A stretch of DNA of 64,000 nucleotides, from positions 4,075 through 68,074 of the forward strand of contig JAGONM010000020.1 of assembly GCA_017993055.1 (NCBI GenBank), in the 5' to 3' direction. This DNA is from Armatimonadota bacterium. Lineage in GTDB: Bacteria > Armatimonadota > UBA5829 > DTJY01. Made by a program: the position numbers and the translations under genes. Every line of letters begins with the position of its first letter. The stretch's first letter is position 1. This document shows positions 29,620-39,724 of the stretch, piece after piece. The notes beneath the pieces are model-generated. The model saw nothing but the letters and a program-made list of their open reading frames with translations. It was not told the origin of the DNA and searched no databases.

Positions 29620-31323
29620 TCAACCGCCGGGTTTCATCTCACTTACTTCCTTGTACAGCTCCGGTACCGTGACGAACCTGAATCCCCGCGCCTTCAGTTC
29701 CGGGATCAGCGTTTTCAGCGCCGCGGGAACCGACGGTCCGCCGACGTGGCAGATGCACGTGCTGTAACCCGTCCGATCGGCGATCTCCGCCATCGCAAGC
29801 ACCCGAGCCCGCACGCCCTCGACCTGCCGGTCGTCGAGGAACAGGTCCTGCTGGAGGCACGGTACGCCCATCGCCCGCGCGACGTTCGCTCCGATCGCGA
29901 CCGGAGACGTGTTCGAGTCGTAGAACATCAGCCCGTGTTTCTTCGCCACTGAGAGAACGCTCTTCATCGTCTCCGGGTCGCTCGTCACCTTCGACCCGCG
30001 GTGGTTGCTGATTCCGACCTCGTGCGTCACCAGCACCATCCAGCTCTCCAGAAGCTCCCTGATCTCAGACTCGGTCTGCCCGACGGTGATCTCCTCGCTG
30101 CGGTAGTTCGCCTGCCCGAGCGCCTCCATCGGCGCGTGCAGGAAGATCGCGCAGCCCGCCGACCTGATCGCCTCGACGCAGGCCGGGGTCGCCCACGGCA
30201 TCACCGCGAACGTCATCGGTATCCCCAGGTCGAGAAGCGGCTTCACCTGCTCGACCTCCCGCCCATCGTCCACCATGATCGCGAGCAGTTTCTCCGGCCC
30301 GGTCCACTTCGAGGCAAACGGCTCCAGTCCCAGCCCACCGCCGCCGACACCCAGGTATGAGGAATAGAGCGGTGCCCCGTCGGACGTGTTCAGCCGCGCG
30401 GTGAAGTAGTCCCTGGAGCCGTTGTGCTCCGTCTTGTAAGCCTTTGCTGTCACGGGGAAGTCGTCGGAGCGCGTGAACCCCGTCACATATACCGCGCTGC
30501 TCCGGTCAACCGATACCGCGTCGGCGGTGTCTTCCGCCTTCCCGCCGAGCAGAGCGATCCAGGCGAGCTTCCCGGGGCTGTCAACCCGCGCTACGAAGCA
30601 ATCCGCGCCGGGGGAGCATACCGTGCCCGACAGGAATGCGTTGTTACTCGAGTCGTACATCACCCGCTTGCCTCTCGCGAGCGGCCACCCGCGTCCGAGC
30701 GCTTCCGAGAGAAGCTTCCCGGCCTCGTCCGGCGTCAGGCTCTTCGCGGCGGATTCGATCTTGACGCGGGTGATGTCAGTTCCCACTGCGGCGCAGGTGA
30801 CCTTGCCGCCGTCCACCGTGAATGTCAGGGTCACACCCGGCCACAGGTCCCGGTATGCGACTCCCTTGAACGTTGGGACGTCGGCAGTCCACTTCGAAGG
30901 ATCGTTCCCGATGATGTACCGGGCCTTCGCGGGCTGCTCCTCGAGACCCTCTATCTTCGCGCCGGAGCCCGTCTCCCGGAAGCTGATGCGGACGGTCTCG
31001 ACCTCAACCGCGGGGATCGGCCTTCGCCTCTCCGCGACCGCGTCGCGCAGGTCGGCGGGGACCTCCGAGTCGTTCTTGGCCGGGGAGGCGGCGCCGGTCT
31101 TGCGGCAGAGGGTGATCGAATCCCTGGTGACGAGCGCAGATCCTTCCGGCCCCGGGATGATGAACAGAACGTCCCTGTCTGATTGGCCCTCGTTCCGGAT
31201 GACCGGAGGCGAGAGCGGCGGGAGCGCGACCTGAGCCGGCCGTTGGCCGTACTCCTGGGCTGCCGACGGGATGGGGACAAAGAGCAATGCGAAGAGCAGC
31301 AGTCGTGCGCGGTGACCCGTCAT
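29620..31323 (-). CDS. Secreted protein: SBBP beta-propeller repeats plus divergent polysaccharide deacetylase (YibQ-like) domain
   Basis: YVTGFTRSDDFPVT SBBP-like repeat. C-terminal LAIMVDDG...MTFAVMPW...ICHVG resembles PF04748. Signal peptide. ATG 31323 with AAAGGTAAG RBS; ORF-track GTG at 31329. Confidence 0.45.
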   Translation of the reverse strand: MTGHRARLLLFALLFVPIPSAAQEYGQRPAQVALPPLSPPVIRNEGQSDRDVLFIIPGPEGSALVTRDSITLCRKTGAASPAKNDSEVPADLRDAVAERRRPIPAVEVETVRISFRETGSGAKIEGLEEQPAKARYIIGNDPSKWTADVPTFKGVAYRDLWPGVTLTFTVDGGKVTCAAVGTDITRVKIESAAKSLTPDEAGKLLSEALGRGWPLARGKRVMYDSSNNAFLSGTVCSPGADCFVARVDSPGKLAWIALLGGKAEDTADAVSVDRSSAVYVTGFTRSDDFPVTAKAYKTEHNGSRDYFTARLNTSDGAPLYSSYLGVGGGGLGLEPFASKWTGPEKLLAIMVDDGREVEQVKPLLDLGIPMTFAVMPWATPACVEAIRSAGCAIFLHAPMEALGQANYRSEEITVGQTESEIRELLESWMVLVTHEVGISNHRGSKVTSDPETMKSVLSVAKKHGLMFYDSNTSPVAIGANVARAMGVPCLQQDLFLDDRQVEGVRARVLAMAEIADRTGYSTCICHVGGPSVPAALKTLIPELKARGFRFVTVPELYKEVSEMKPGG

Positions 31324-31518
31324 TGACACTTACCTTTCCGGAAGGCAAAGAGGAACGCGGGGATGAATCGTCCCGCGCTCCTCCCTATGTTCGCTACCCG
31401 CTCTACGGTTTCCTCATCGCGGAAGAAGCACGATCTGCTCAGTAGGGGCGAAGCATTGGCTATCGGGCTCAGAGAGCCATCCGCGCCAAACGCCAATGCT
31501 TCGCCCCCACAGTGACCT

Positions 31519-32802
31519 CTACTTCAGGAACAACTCCACCACCGGCACCGCGACGCCCGGCTTCTTCTGCGGCAGCTCCAGGGTCAGAGCGCCCGCCTGG
31601 CCCTGCATGGTCGTGTTCTGCGCCTGCGCGTGCGGGTCAATCTCCGTCATCTTCACCTCGGACGCATCGTTCAGAAGCTGCGCGTACTCCACCTTGCCCG
31701 CGAGCCCATCGAGGTGGACATGCTTGTACGGCCATGCGAAGAGATGCAGGTAGAGCCGCTTGCCGTTCTGCGTGAACCGCGCGTCCTGCGGTGCTGTGAA
31801 CTCGCTCTGGGAGCACCCGTAGATCGAGCGGTTGTGCAGGCGCATCCATTCGCCGATCGCCCGCAGCCGCTCTATGGCCCTCGGATCTATCTCGCCCCGC
31901 GCGTTCGGGCCGACGTTGAGCAGGAGGTTGCCGCCCTTCGAGACGGTGTCTATCAGCGTGCGGATCAACTCGTCCGGCTCGCGCCAGCTGTGCTCGTCGC
32001 GGTAGTATCCCCAACTCCCGCTGAAGGTCTGGCACGCCTCCCAGATCACCGGCTTGCCGTCCACCTTCACCCACTCCCGCGGCTGATACTGCTCGGGCGT
32101 CTTGATGTCCCAGGCGTCCGGCAGATCGAGTCGGTCGTCCAGCAGGACGTGCGGCTGAAGCTCGCGGATCATCTTCACGAGCCTCTCGGACTGCCAGTCG
32201 TCGCGTCCCTTGCCCTTTGACCAGCCGTAGTCCGCGTGAGGGTAGGAGAAATCGAACCACATGATGTCCACGCGTCCGAACCTGGTGAGCAGTTCGCGCG
32301 CCTGGCCGTGGAGGTACTCGACGTACTTGCTCATGTCGCGTCCCTTGTTTGCCTCGCGGAACTCCTCGTTGTTGCGCATCGGATGCAGGCCGTCAACTGT
32401 GAACTCGGGGTGATGCCAGTCAATGAGCGAGTGGTAGAACCCGACCTTCAGTCCCTCCTCGCGGAATGCCTCGACCATGGGGCTCAGGAGATCCCGCCCG
32501 GCGGGGGTGTTCGGCGCCTTGTAGTCAGTCAGGTAGGAGTCCCAGAGGCAGAAGCCGTCGTGATGCTTTGAGGTCACGACGAAGTACTTCATGCCGGCGT
32601 TCCTCGCCTCCTGCGCCCAGACTCCGGGGTCGTAGAGGTCGGGATCGAAGTGCTCGAAGTACTTCTGGTAGGCCTCGTCCGGAATCTGCTCGTAGTGCTT
32701 GATCCACTCGTGCCGGGCCGCCGCGGAATAGATCCCCCAGTGGATGAACATGCCGAACCGGTCTCGCACGAACCATTCCGAGTCGCCTTTTGCGTATTCC
32801 AT
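31519..32802 (-). CDS. Alpha-L-fucosidase, glycoside hydrolase family 29
   Basis: FGMFIHWGIYS...KYFVVTSKHHDGFCLWDS is the GH29 catalytic core. Trimmed to ATG 32802 (GGAGAGG RBS). The ORF-track N-terminus MGPMSPTGPM is a repeat-array artefact. Confidence 0.85.
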   Translation of the reverse strand: MEYAKGDSEWFVRDRFGMFIHWGIYSAAARHEWIKHYEQIPDEAYQKYFEHFDPDLYDPGVWAQEARNAGMKYFVVTSKHHDGFCLWDSYLTDYKAPNTPAGRDLLSPMVEAFREEGLKVGFYHSLIDWHHPEFTVDGLHPMRNNEEFREANKGRDMSKYVEYLHGQARELLTRFGRVDIMWFDFSYPHADYGWSKGKGRDDWQSERLVKMIRELQPHVLLDDRLDLPDAWDIKTPEQYQPREWVKVDGKPVIWEACQTFSGSWGYYRDEHSWREPDELIRTLIDTVSKGGNLLLNVGPNARGEIDPRAIERLRAIGEWMRLHNRSIYGCSQSEFTAPQDARFTQNGKRLYLHLFAWPYKHVHLDGLAGKVEYAQLLNDASEVKMTEIDPHAQAQNTTMQGQAGALTLELPQKKPGVAVPVVELFLK

Positions 32803-32820
32803 AGGTTGTTCCTCTCCAGG

Positions 32821-32856
32821 CATAGGTCCCGTGGGACTCATGGGCCCCATGCCGGC
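32821..32856. repeat. Family B array
   Basis: CATAGGTCC CGTGGGACT CATGGGCCC CATGCCGGC, between the esterase stop (32866) and the fucosidase start (32802). Confidence 0.55.
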
Positions 32857-32865
32857 CTCCGCGGT

Positions 32866-34389
32866 CTACTTCTTGTCCGCCGTTACTCCGGGCCAGTCGT
32901 CCGTGCGGAAAGGCGACGCGGGGAGGCCCGCCTTGTTGTACAGGTTGCCGTCCGGGTTGATCGCCCACGAGTACCGGACCGCCGCCGGCTTCTTCACGTC
33001 CGGGCTGCTGACGACGACGTTCCTGCCGACGATCTTCGCCTCGGCCGGGACGAACTTCCTGTCCTCACCCGCGATCGTGAAGCCCTTCAGGTCGCCGTCC
33101 TTCGCCATGAGGCCGCCGTCCACATGGTCGAAGACGAGGATGATAGTGCCGTACTCCGGCTCCATCGCGCGGTACATCGGACCCGAGTAGACGAGCTTCC
33201 GGCCGTAGGTCTTGGCGAGCGCGTTCAGGGCGAGCCTCCGCCCGACCTCCTGCTTATTGGTGGGATGTATGCTGACCGGGTCGCCGATGTCTATCGCCAC
33301 CGCCATGCCCGTGTTCTTCAGCGAGAGCGTCATCGTCTGCGCCTCGCGAAGCTCCGCCCAGGTGTCGTTGTATTCCGGCGGGCTCGGCGCCCAGTTCGCG
33401 AGCTGGACGAACAGGAAGGGGAAGTCGCCCTGCCCCCAGTCTCTGCGCCAGTTCTTGATCATGTCCGGGAAGAGCTTTCGGTACTGGTACGCCTTGCCAG
33501 CGTTCGATTCGCCCTGATACCAGATCGCGCCCCTGATGCCGTATGGTATGACCGGCGTAATCATCGCGTTGTAGAGGCTGGAGGGAATCCACGGGTTGTA
33601 GGCGGCCTCCTTGGGCTTCTCCGGGGCCTCATTGCCCTCCGCCTTCGCCTTCTCTGCGTCCTTTTCCCACTGCGCCAGCGCGGCGGGGTACTCCGCCTTG
33701 ACCTTCTCGTAGCCGGCGATCTGTTCGTCGTACCGCTTCACGATGGCATCGTAGTCCGGGTCGGACTTCAGGGTCGCGAGGCTCGTCCACGACTCCGCCG
33801 GGGTGCCGCCCCAGGATGTGTGGATCAGCCCGATCGGGACGCCCAGCGCCTTGTGTAGCTCTCGTCCGAAGTAGTAAGCCGCCGCGGAGAAACCCGGAAC
33901 CGTCTCGGGGCTGCACTCGACCCACTTGCCGTCGAGATCGCTCATCGGCTCGGCGGCCATCTTCTGCGGCACGGTGAACAGCCGGATGTTCGGGTGATTC
34001 GCGTTTGCGATCTCCTCTTCCGCATTCGCGGAAAGCTTGACCGTCCACCACATGTTCGACTGGCCGGAGCCGACCCAGACCTCGCCGATCATCACGTTCT
34101 CGAACAGGACGTTGTTGCTGCCGACGATGAGCATCTTGAACGGCCCGCCGGCCTTCATCGGCTCGAGCGCGATCCTCCACCTCCCGTCCGCGTCCGCCGA
34201 CGTATTCACGGTCTGGCCGTTGAAATGCAGGCGAATCCTCTCGCCGGGGTCCGCAGCGCCCCATACGGGCACCTTCATGCCCTGCTGCAGCACCATGTTG
34301 TCGCTGAACATGCCGTGAACCTGCACGTTCGCGAGCGTCGGGATACAGCCTAGAAAGATCAACAGAACCATCATGGAAATCGCACGCAT
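32866..34389 (-). CDS. Sialate O-acetylesterase (SASA/SGNH) family protein, secreted
   Basis: Signal peptide. GEVWVGSGQSNM and HTSWGGTPAESW motifs of the SIAE domain. ATG 34389 with GGAGGAG RBS. Confidence 0.7.
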   Translation of the reverse strand: MRAISMMVLLIFLGCIPTLANVQVHGMFSDNMVLQQGMKVPVWGAADPGERIRLHFNGQTVNTSADADGRWRIALEPMKAGGPFKMLIVGSNNVLFENVMIGEVWVGSGQSNMWWTVKLSANAEEEIANANHPNIRLFTVPQKMAAEPMSDLDGKWVECSPETVPGFSAAAYYFGRELHKALGVPIGLIHTSWGGTPAESWTSLATLKSDPDYDAIVKRYDEQIAGYEKVKAEYPAALAQWEKDAEKAKAEGNEAPEKPKEAAYNPWIPSSLYNAMITPVIPYGIRGAIWYQGESNAGKAYQYRKLFPDMIKNWRRDWGQGDFPFLFVQLANWAPSPPEYNDTWAELREAQTMTLSLKNTGMAVAIDIGDPVSIHPTNKQEVGRRLALNALAKTYGRKLVYSGPMYRAMEPEYGTIILVFDHVDGGLMAKDGDLKGFTIAGEDRKFVPAEAKIVGRNVVVSSPDVKKPAAVRYSWAINPDGNLYNKAGLPASPFRTDDWPGVTADKK

Positions 34390-34420
34390 AGTCACTCTCC
34401 TCCGTTATTAGAGCCCGAAA

Positions 34421-35794
34421 TCACTTCACCGGCGCGAATACGATGGTCTCGATCGCGTCCGTTATCTCGCCCTCCGTCTTGACGACGATGCACGCCGAGG
34501 CCGTTCCCTCGGGCGCCGCGAAGACGGTATCCTTTCGATCCTGCGTCACCGGCGCTTCACTCTGCGACCGGGCCAGTCCCGGTGACAGGTTCGTGTGCCA
34601 GCGAACCGCCGCGCTTCCCTTGCCGCCCTTCTTCCATCGAATGGTCAACTGATACTTGTCGCCCGCCGTGACGGGCACGACGTCGCTCTCCCAACCTGCG
34701 GCGGTCTTCAGCCAGCAGTCCGGCGCGCCGGGCGTCTTCCACTCGATCCTGAGGTCGGGGTTTCGCAGGAGGTTTCCGGCGGGTTTCAGCGTCACCATCA
34801 TGATGTTCAGGTTGCGCGTTTCGCCGGGCTCCAGCCTCAGCGTGAAGCGGTTCATCCGGCAGCCGGGCGTGAGTATCCGGCCCATGTAGGTGCCCGGCGT
34901 GAGGTTGTGGAGAGCAAACTTCCCGTCAGCTTCGGCGAGGGTCGAGAGGTTGCTGCCGTCCATCATTATCTTCGCCGTCCGACCGTCCGCGGGGGCGTCT
35001 GCTTTGGTCAGGGTGGTTCCGCGGAAGACCGCGGCGTCCGGGGTCGGCGACAGCGCTATCCGCCCCAGCGTGTAGAGTAGGTCAGCGGCGACTCGGCTGC
35101 ACTCGTTCGCGCACTCCAGGGCGATCGGTTCGACCGCCGGGCGGTTGTCCGCCTTGACGAATGGGGCCATCTTCTCCGCGCGCTCGACGGAGTAGGCTAT
35201 CAGCCCGTCCATACGTTTCAGATAGCCCGCCAGCGCCTCGTCCTCGGTCTTGCCCAGCAGTCTCGGCTCGTAGCCGGCGATGCCGATGCTTTCGCCGTCC
35301 ACCCAGTTCTCCATCTTGCCGTGGTCTGCGACGCCGGGCCGCGCGTGCGGAGGGGCCCCCGAGTCCTCGGTGTAGTGCAGCAGGGAGCCGATCCACCGGG
35401 CGGCGTTGACAGGCGTCTCGTGCCGAAGGGCTTGAACGCTTCGCCGGAAGAACGGCTCCAGCGCGCTCCTCACTCCCGGCATGGCGTGCGCCGCGTGCTT
35501 CTGGATCTCCGGAAAGAGCAGGTAGTCGTCCGCGTAGTACAGGCTGCCGTCCGTGTCCTTTCTGATGCTGCGATCGTAGTCGGGCATCCAGCAGTACGTG
35601 GCGAGCTGGTCGAACGAGTCGACCAGATGCCTCGCCAGCGGGTCGTTCGCGTCCAGCACGTCGAGCGCCGCCTGGGTGATCTGCGTGTGCGGCCCCCATG
35701 CGGACGCCGGGGCTGCCGGAAGGACCATCAGCGCCGCCGTCAGCGCGCAAATCGCATGCGTCATGTACTTCCTGTAGGTCAACTCCATCCTCAT
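34421..35794 (-). CDS. Secreted metallohydrolase-like protein (S1/P1 nuclease or zinc phospholipase C-like N-domain) with beta-sandwich C-domain
   Basis: AWGPHTQITQAALDVL N-terminus. Signal peptide. The ATG overlaps the upstream stop in an ATGA arrangement (35791-35794). Confidence 0.3.
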   Translation of the reverse strand: MRMELTYRKYMTHAICALTAALMVLPAAPASAWGPHTQITQAALDVLDANDPLARHLVDSFDQLATYCWMPDYDRSIRKDTDGSLYYADDYLLFPEIQKHAAHAMPGVRSALEPFFRRSVQALRHETPVNAARWIGSLLHYTEDSGAPPHARPGVADHGKMENWVDGESIGIAGYEPRLLGKTEDEALAGYLKRMDGLIAYSVERAEKMAPFVKADNRPAVEPIALECANECSRVAADLLYTLGRIALSPTPDAAVFRGTTLTKADAPADGRTAKIMMDGSNLSTLAEADGKFALHNLTPGTYMGRILTPGCRMNRFTLRLEPGETRNLNIMMVTLKPAGNLLRNPDLRIEWKTPGAPDCWLKTAAGWESDVVPVTAGDKYQLTIRWKKGGKGSAAVRWHTNLSPGLARSQSEAPVTQDRKDTVFAAPEGTASACIVVKTEGEITDAIETIVFAPVK

Positions 35795-38004
35795 CTTGCC
35801 ACCTCGAATCTGATCTCGAATCTTCCCGTCATGCCCGTGATGTCCGCCGCGCCCGTCGAGTCCACGGGAACGGGCTTCCCGCCTGCGGACGCCGACTTCA
35901 CTCTCCAGCCGTCGGGCACCCTGGCCCGGATGAGCATCTTCTGCGGCGATTCCCTGGGGGCGCTGACCTCCGCCGTCACCTCTCCTTTGTCGAGGCGCGA
36001 GGTCATCGCGGCCGACACCTCGCCGAACGCCGTCGGGGCACGCTCTATCTTAACCGATTTGCCGCGTTCGAGCCAACGCCGCGGAGCAGCGTACATCAGC
36101 CGCAGGGTCTCCGGGCGGCCGTCGCCGTCCATGTCCCAGTCCTGCACCAGCAGGTTTCTCAGCATCGAGAGGAAGAAAGCGTTCGAAGCGCTGTTCGGCG
36201 GGAGGTAGAACTGCCGGCCGAACTCGTCCAGCGGCACGGGGCAGGATCCCTCGCCGCCGATGAACGTGTCTCGCGTGAGCCCCTGGGCCAGCTTGCCGTA
36301 GAAGCTCACCAGCGCGCGGTCCACCTCATCGCGCTGCAGGAGTACCAGTGTGTACCTGAGCGTGTAGAGATCGTCTATGTTCTGGTTGACCGCCCAGAAG
36401 TCGTTCAGAGGGTGCGTCCGCACCATGCCCATCATCAGTCCGCCCATCTTCTCGAGGTAGTCGGTGATCCAGTGGGCTTCCTGCGAGTCATAGGGGAAGA
36501 AGCCGCATGCCAGTACATAGGGCGCGACCAGATCCCAATACCCTCCGAGGTTGGTCGCGGTGAGAGGGTCGTAGGGCTGCTCCTCGCCGAAGAGCGCCAT
36601 GGGGACGAAAGGCGGATTCACGTCCGTGCGGACGCTCTTCCGGACGGCGTCCATCAGGCGGGGATGCCACTCCTTCGCCGAATCCGCAAGCAGCTGGGCC
36701 TGCGCATGGTCGCCCATATCATCCAGGGCCGCCGAGAAGTGATGCAGGCCCGACCAGCCGTTCGCGTTGGAGTTCAGCGAGTACACCTGCGTGTGGATAT
36801 CGCCGCAGTAGCTCTCCCTGGGTGCGAGGCCGGTGTCTTTTTCCCGGCCGTCCACCAGCCGGTTGACCTGCACCGCCACGCGCGCCTTCTGCTCGTCGAA
36901 CCAGGACTTGTCGTGGGTGAGCCAGTAGTAGTCGGAGAGAAGCTGAAGCTTCTTGCCCGCCTGATGGAAGAGCAGGTCGTCGCGCTTGTAGTCCATGAGC
37001 GGAACGAGCAGCCGTCGGGCGACATCCGTCTGTCCCCAGAGCGCGAGCGCCTTGATGGCATCGCCCCCCTCGCCGACGTACATCTTCGCATACTGGTTGC
37101 CCACACTATAGTTGACGTTGTCGCCCTTCATGATCTCGAGCGTCCCTATGATGAGCGACTTCCAGGCATTGTTGACGATCGGCTCGGGGACTTCCACCTG
37201 CATCCCCTTGTCAAGGATCGCCTCCCAGGTCCGGATGCACTTGGCGCGCTGGGCGTCATAGATGGAGGCGTCGAGCTTCGGGAGTTCGCCGGTCGCCGGC
37301 TTGGCTGGAATAGCAAGGTAGACCGGCTTGTCGGGCCGCATGATCGTTGAGAGCCTCTGAGCCCCGGGACCCCATTTCCAGTTCTCGTCGAACCAAAGGA
37401 GCGCGCCTCCCTGCAGATCATGGACGATGCCATCCTTAGTCGGGAGGACCGCGTTTGCCTCGTATGCAATCTGGGCCATGAGCTTGCCCTTGCCAGTGAA
37501 GCGCACGAAGATCATGCCGCTGTCCGCATAGTCAATGGGGGCGAAGGCCTCCTGGGAGGCGACCAAGTCCCCTCGTCGGTAGGTGTTTTGGACGATGGGC
37601 AGGTAGCCTTGCTCGTACTTCGGCCCTTGAAGGTCCTCCAGGTCAGCGCCAAAGACCGAGCCCCATTCGCCGAAGTAGAAGGTCACGGGATTGCCGACTT
37701 CGCCGATCCAGTTGAGCGCACGGGCGCGAGCATTGACCATGCCGCCGTTGCTGACGAACCGGCCTTTGACCTGGGCCGAGGGCGCACTGAGCACGATTGG
37801 ATATTGGAGGAAAGATGTGTCTACATATCGGAGCGGCGGCATCAGCTTGGCGAAGTACTCGTAGCTCGGCCCGTTCGGCTTGCGCATCGAGATTTCGCCC
37901 CAGACGTCGGTCTTCGATGCGATCGCCTGCTCGACCGTCGGCATCTTCTCGGCCATGGATGTCGCTGCGGTGAGCAGTACTATTGCTGCAAGGACGTATC
38001 GCAA
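35791..38004 (-). CDS. Large secreted hypothetical protein (possibly alpha/alpha-toroid glycoside-hydrolase-like)
   Basis: TTG start with GGAGG RBS, giving signal peptide MRYVLAAIVLLTAATSMA. 738 aa, no confidently recognised family. Confidence 0.35.
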   Translation of the reverse strand: MRYVLAAIVLLTAATSMAEKMPTVEQAIASKTDVWGEISMRKPNGPSYEYFAKLMPPLRYVDTSFLQYPIVLSAPSAQVKGRFVSNGGMVNARARALNWIGEVGNPVTFYFGEWGSVFGADLEDLQGPKYEQGYLPIVQNTYRRGDLVASQEAFAPIDYADSGMIFVRFTGKGKLMAQIAYEANAVLPTKDGIVHDLQGGALLWFDENWKWGPGAQRLSTIMRPDKPVYLAIPAKPATGELPKLDASIYDAQRAKCIRTWEAILDKGMQVEVPEPIVNNAWKSLIIGTLEIMKGDNVNYSVGNQYAKMYVGEGGDAIKALALWGQTDVARRLLVPLMDYKRDDLLFHQAGKKLQLLSDYYWLTHDKSWFDEQKARVAVQVNRLVDGREKDTGLAPRESYCGDIHTQVYSLNSNANGWSGLHHFSAALDDMGDHAQAQLLADSAKEWHPRLMDAVRKSVRTDVNPPFVPMALFGEEQPYDPLTATNLGGYWDLVAPYVLACGFFPYDSQEAHWITDYLEKMGGLMMGMVRTHPLNDFWAVNQNIDDLYTLRYTLVLLQRDEVDRALVSFYGKLAQGLTRDTFIGGEGSCPVPLDEFGRQFYLPPNSASNAFFLSMLRNLLVQDWDMDGDGRPETLRLMYAAPRRWLERGKSVKIERAPTAFGEVSAAMTSRLDKGEVTAEVSAPRESPQKMLIRARVPDGWRVKSASAGGKPVPVDSTGAADITGMTGRFEIRFEVAR

Positions 38005-38023
38005 GGTGTGCCTCCAGTCAAAT

Positions 38024-38059
38024 GCCCGACGCGTCCGACGTGTCTGACGTGTCGGAGAC
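38024..38059. repeat. Family A array (four units, 9-bp spacing)
   Basis: CCCGAC gc GTCCGAC gt GTCTGAC gt GTCGGAGAC, 20 nt upstream of the RBS/TTG start at 38004. Confidence 0.6.
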
Positions 38060-38211
38060 TCAAGAGGGGGTATTCGACGCTGCGCGAGAGAACTCATACT
38101 TCAGTACCTGTCTGGAGCTGTGGCATCAAGCCTCATGCCGGCCGCTGGTGGGGCAAGCTAGACGACGAGGCCTGCGGAACGGTTGCCCGCTGAGGCCGAA
38201 CGGCAGTCGGG

Positions 38212-39720
38212 TCACTGATCCTTCTTCCAGCCCTGCTCGACCTGCGACAGTATCTTCTCGGTGTCGAACGGATCGTGGGCCTTCTCGAGCAGCGACTGAA
38301 GCGTCTTTTCCATCTGCTCCTGCAGGTCCTTGTGCTCGGGGTCGTTCACCAGGTTCTTCACCTGCTGCGGGTCTTTCTTGTTGTCGAAGAGCAGCCACGG
38401 CCCGCCCTTCTGCAGCTTCGCATAGGTGTGAGTCTTCGTGCGGACCCCCCGCCACTCGGTCGCCGCGTTCGCGATCCACGGGTTGCCGCCCGGTACCATC
38501 TTCATGAGCAGGAGCGCCTCGTGCTCCTCGCAGTCCTGCCTCATCGCCGCGCTCGCCAGGCTGATCCCCTCGACCTCCTCCGGGCACTCGAGCCCGGCCA
38601 GTTCGAGGATCGTCGGCATGATGTCCATCGGCGAGAGCAGAGCGTCCGTCGCGGACAGCTTCGGTATCACCCTCGGGTAGCGGATGATGAACGGGATCGA
38701 GATCGCCTCCTCGAACGGCTCCTGCTTGCTGCCCATCCGGTGCGAGCCGAGCATGTCCCCGTGGTCCGAGGTGAAGATCAGTATCGTGTCTTCCTCTATC
38801 CCCGCCTTCCTGATCGCCCGGGTGAGCGTGCCCATGCAGTCGTCGAGCGCGGTCGCCGCCGCGTAGTACGATGCCATGTTCCTGCGGACGCCGTCGTCGG
38901 AGTCGAGCCACTTGCGCCACTCGGCCCTCTTCTTCCCGGGCGCGGACTCCGGGTCGAGCGGGTTCTTCTCGATCTGCTCGCCCACCATCGCCGACTCGGA
39001 CACGTTCTCGCGAAGCTCCATCTTCTCGGCGGGGAAGCGCTTTTCATATTCCTCCGGCGCGTTGTACGGATCGTGCGGTGGCCCCCAGGACATGAACAGG
39101 CAGAACGGTTTGTCCTTTTTGCTCTCGATGTACTTCACGGCGAGGTCGGTCTGCGCAACGGGCTCATATCCCGGCAGAGGGACATGCTCCGGCGTGTCGC
39201 CGCAGTAGAAGGATTCGAAGTAGTTATGGTTCAGGTTGCGGACGGCCCAGTAGTCGAATCCCTGGCGGTTCTCCTTCGCGACGAAGGGTTCGGTGTGGCT
39301 CTCGAGGTGCCACTTGCCGATGTAGCCCGTCGCGTAGCCGTTCTCCTTCAGCACGGTGGCGATCGTCTTCTGCCCCGGGAAGGGCGCACGACCGTTGCTG
39401 ATCACCCCGTTCGACATCGGGCAGCGCCCGGTGAGCAGCATCCCGCGGAACGGCGAGCAGACCGGCCACGTGCTTATCGCGTTGAAGAACCTCGCGCCCT
39501 GGAATGCGAGCCTGTCGAGATTCGGGGTCTTTGCCTGCGCGTCGCCGTAGCACGCGAGCGACTGCGACCTGAGCTGGTCCGCGAAGACGACGATCACGTT
39601 CGGCTTCCGCCGCGTCACCGGCGGCGCCTGAGCCCCCGCTTCCGGCAGAGATGCCGCAATGCCTGCGCCGACTATCGCCGCGCTCGCCGCACTCTTGATG
39701 AACTCCCGTCGCGTCTGCAT
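38212..39720 (-). CDS. Cys-type sulfatase with Tat signal
   Basis: MQTRREFIKSAASAAIVGAG Tat signal. CSPFRGMLLTGR signature. Confidence 0.85.
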   Translation of the reverse strand: MQTRREFIKSAASAAIVGAGIAASLPEAGAQAPPVTRRKPNVIVVFADQLRSQSLACYGDAQAKTPNLDRLAFQGARFFNAISTWPVCSPFRGMLLTGRCPMSNGVISNGRAPFPGQKTIATVLKENGYATGYIGKWHLESHTEPFVAKENRQGFDYWAVRNLNHNYFESFYCGDTPEHVPLPGYEPVAQTDLAVKYIESKKDKPFCLFMSWGPPHDPYNAPEEYEKRFPAEKMELRENVSESAMVGEQIEKNPLDPESAPGKKRAEWRKWLDSDDGVRRNMASYYAAATALDDCMGTLTRAIRKAGIEEDTILIFTSDHGDMLGSHRMGSKQEPFEEAISIPFIIRYPRVIPKLSATDALLSPMDIMPTILELAGLECPEEVEGISLASAAMRQDCEEHEALLLMKMVPGGNPWIANAATEWRGVRTKTHTYAKLQKGGPWLLFDNKKDPQQVKNLVNDPEHKDLQEQMEKTLQSLLEKAHDPFDTEKILSQVEQGWKKDQ

Positions 39721-39724
39721 GGCG

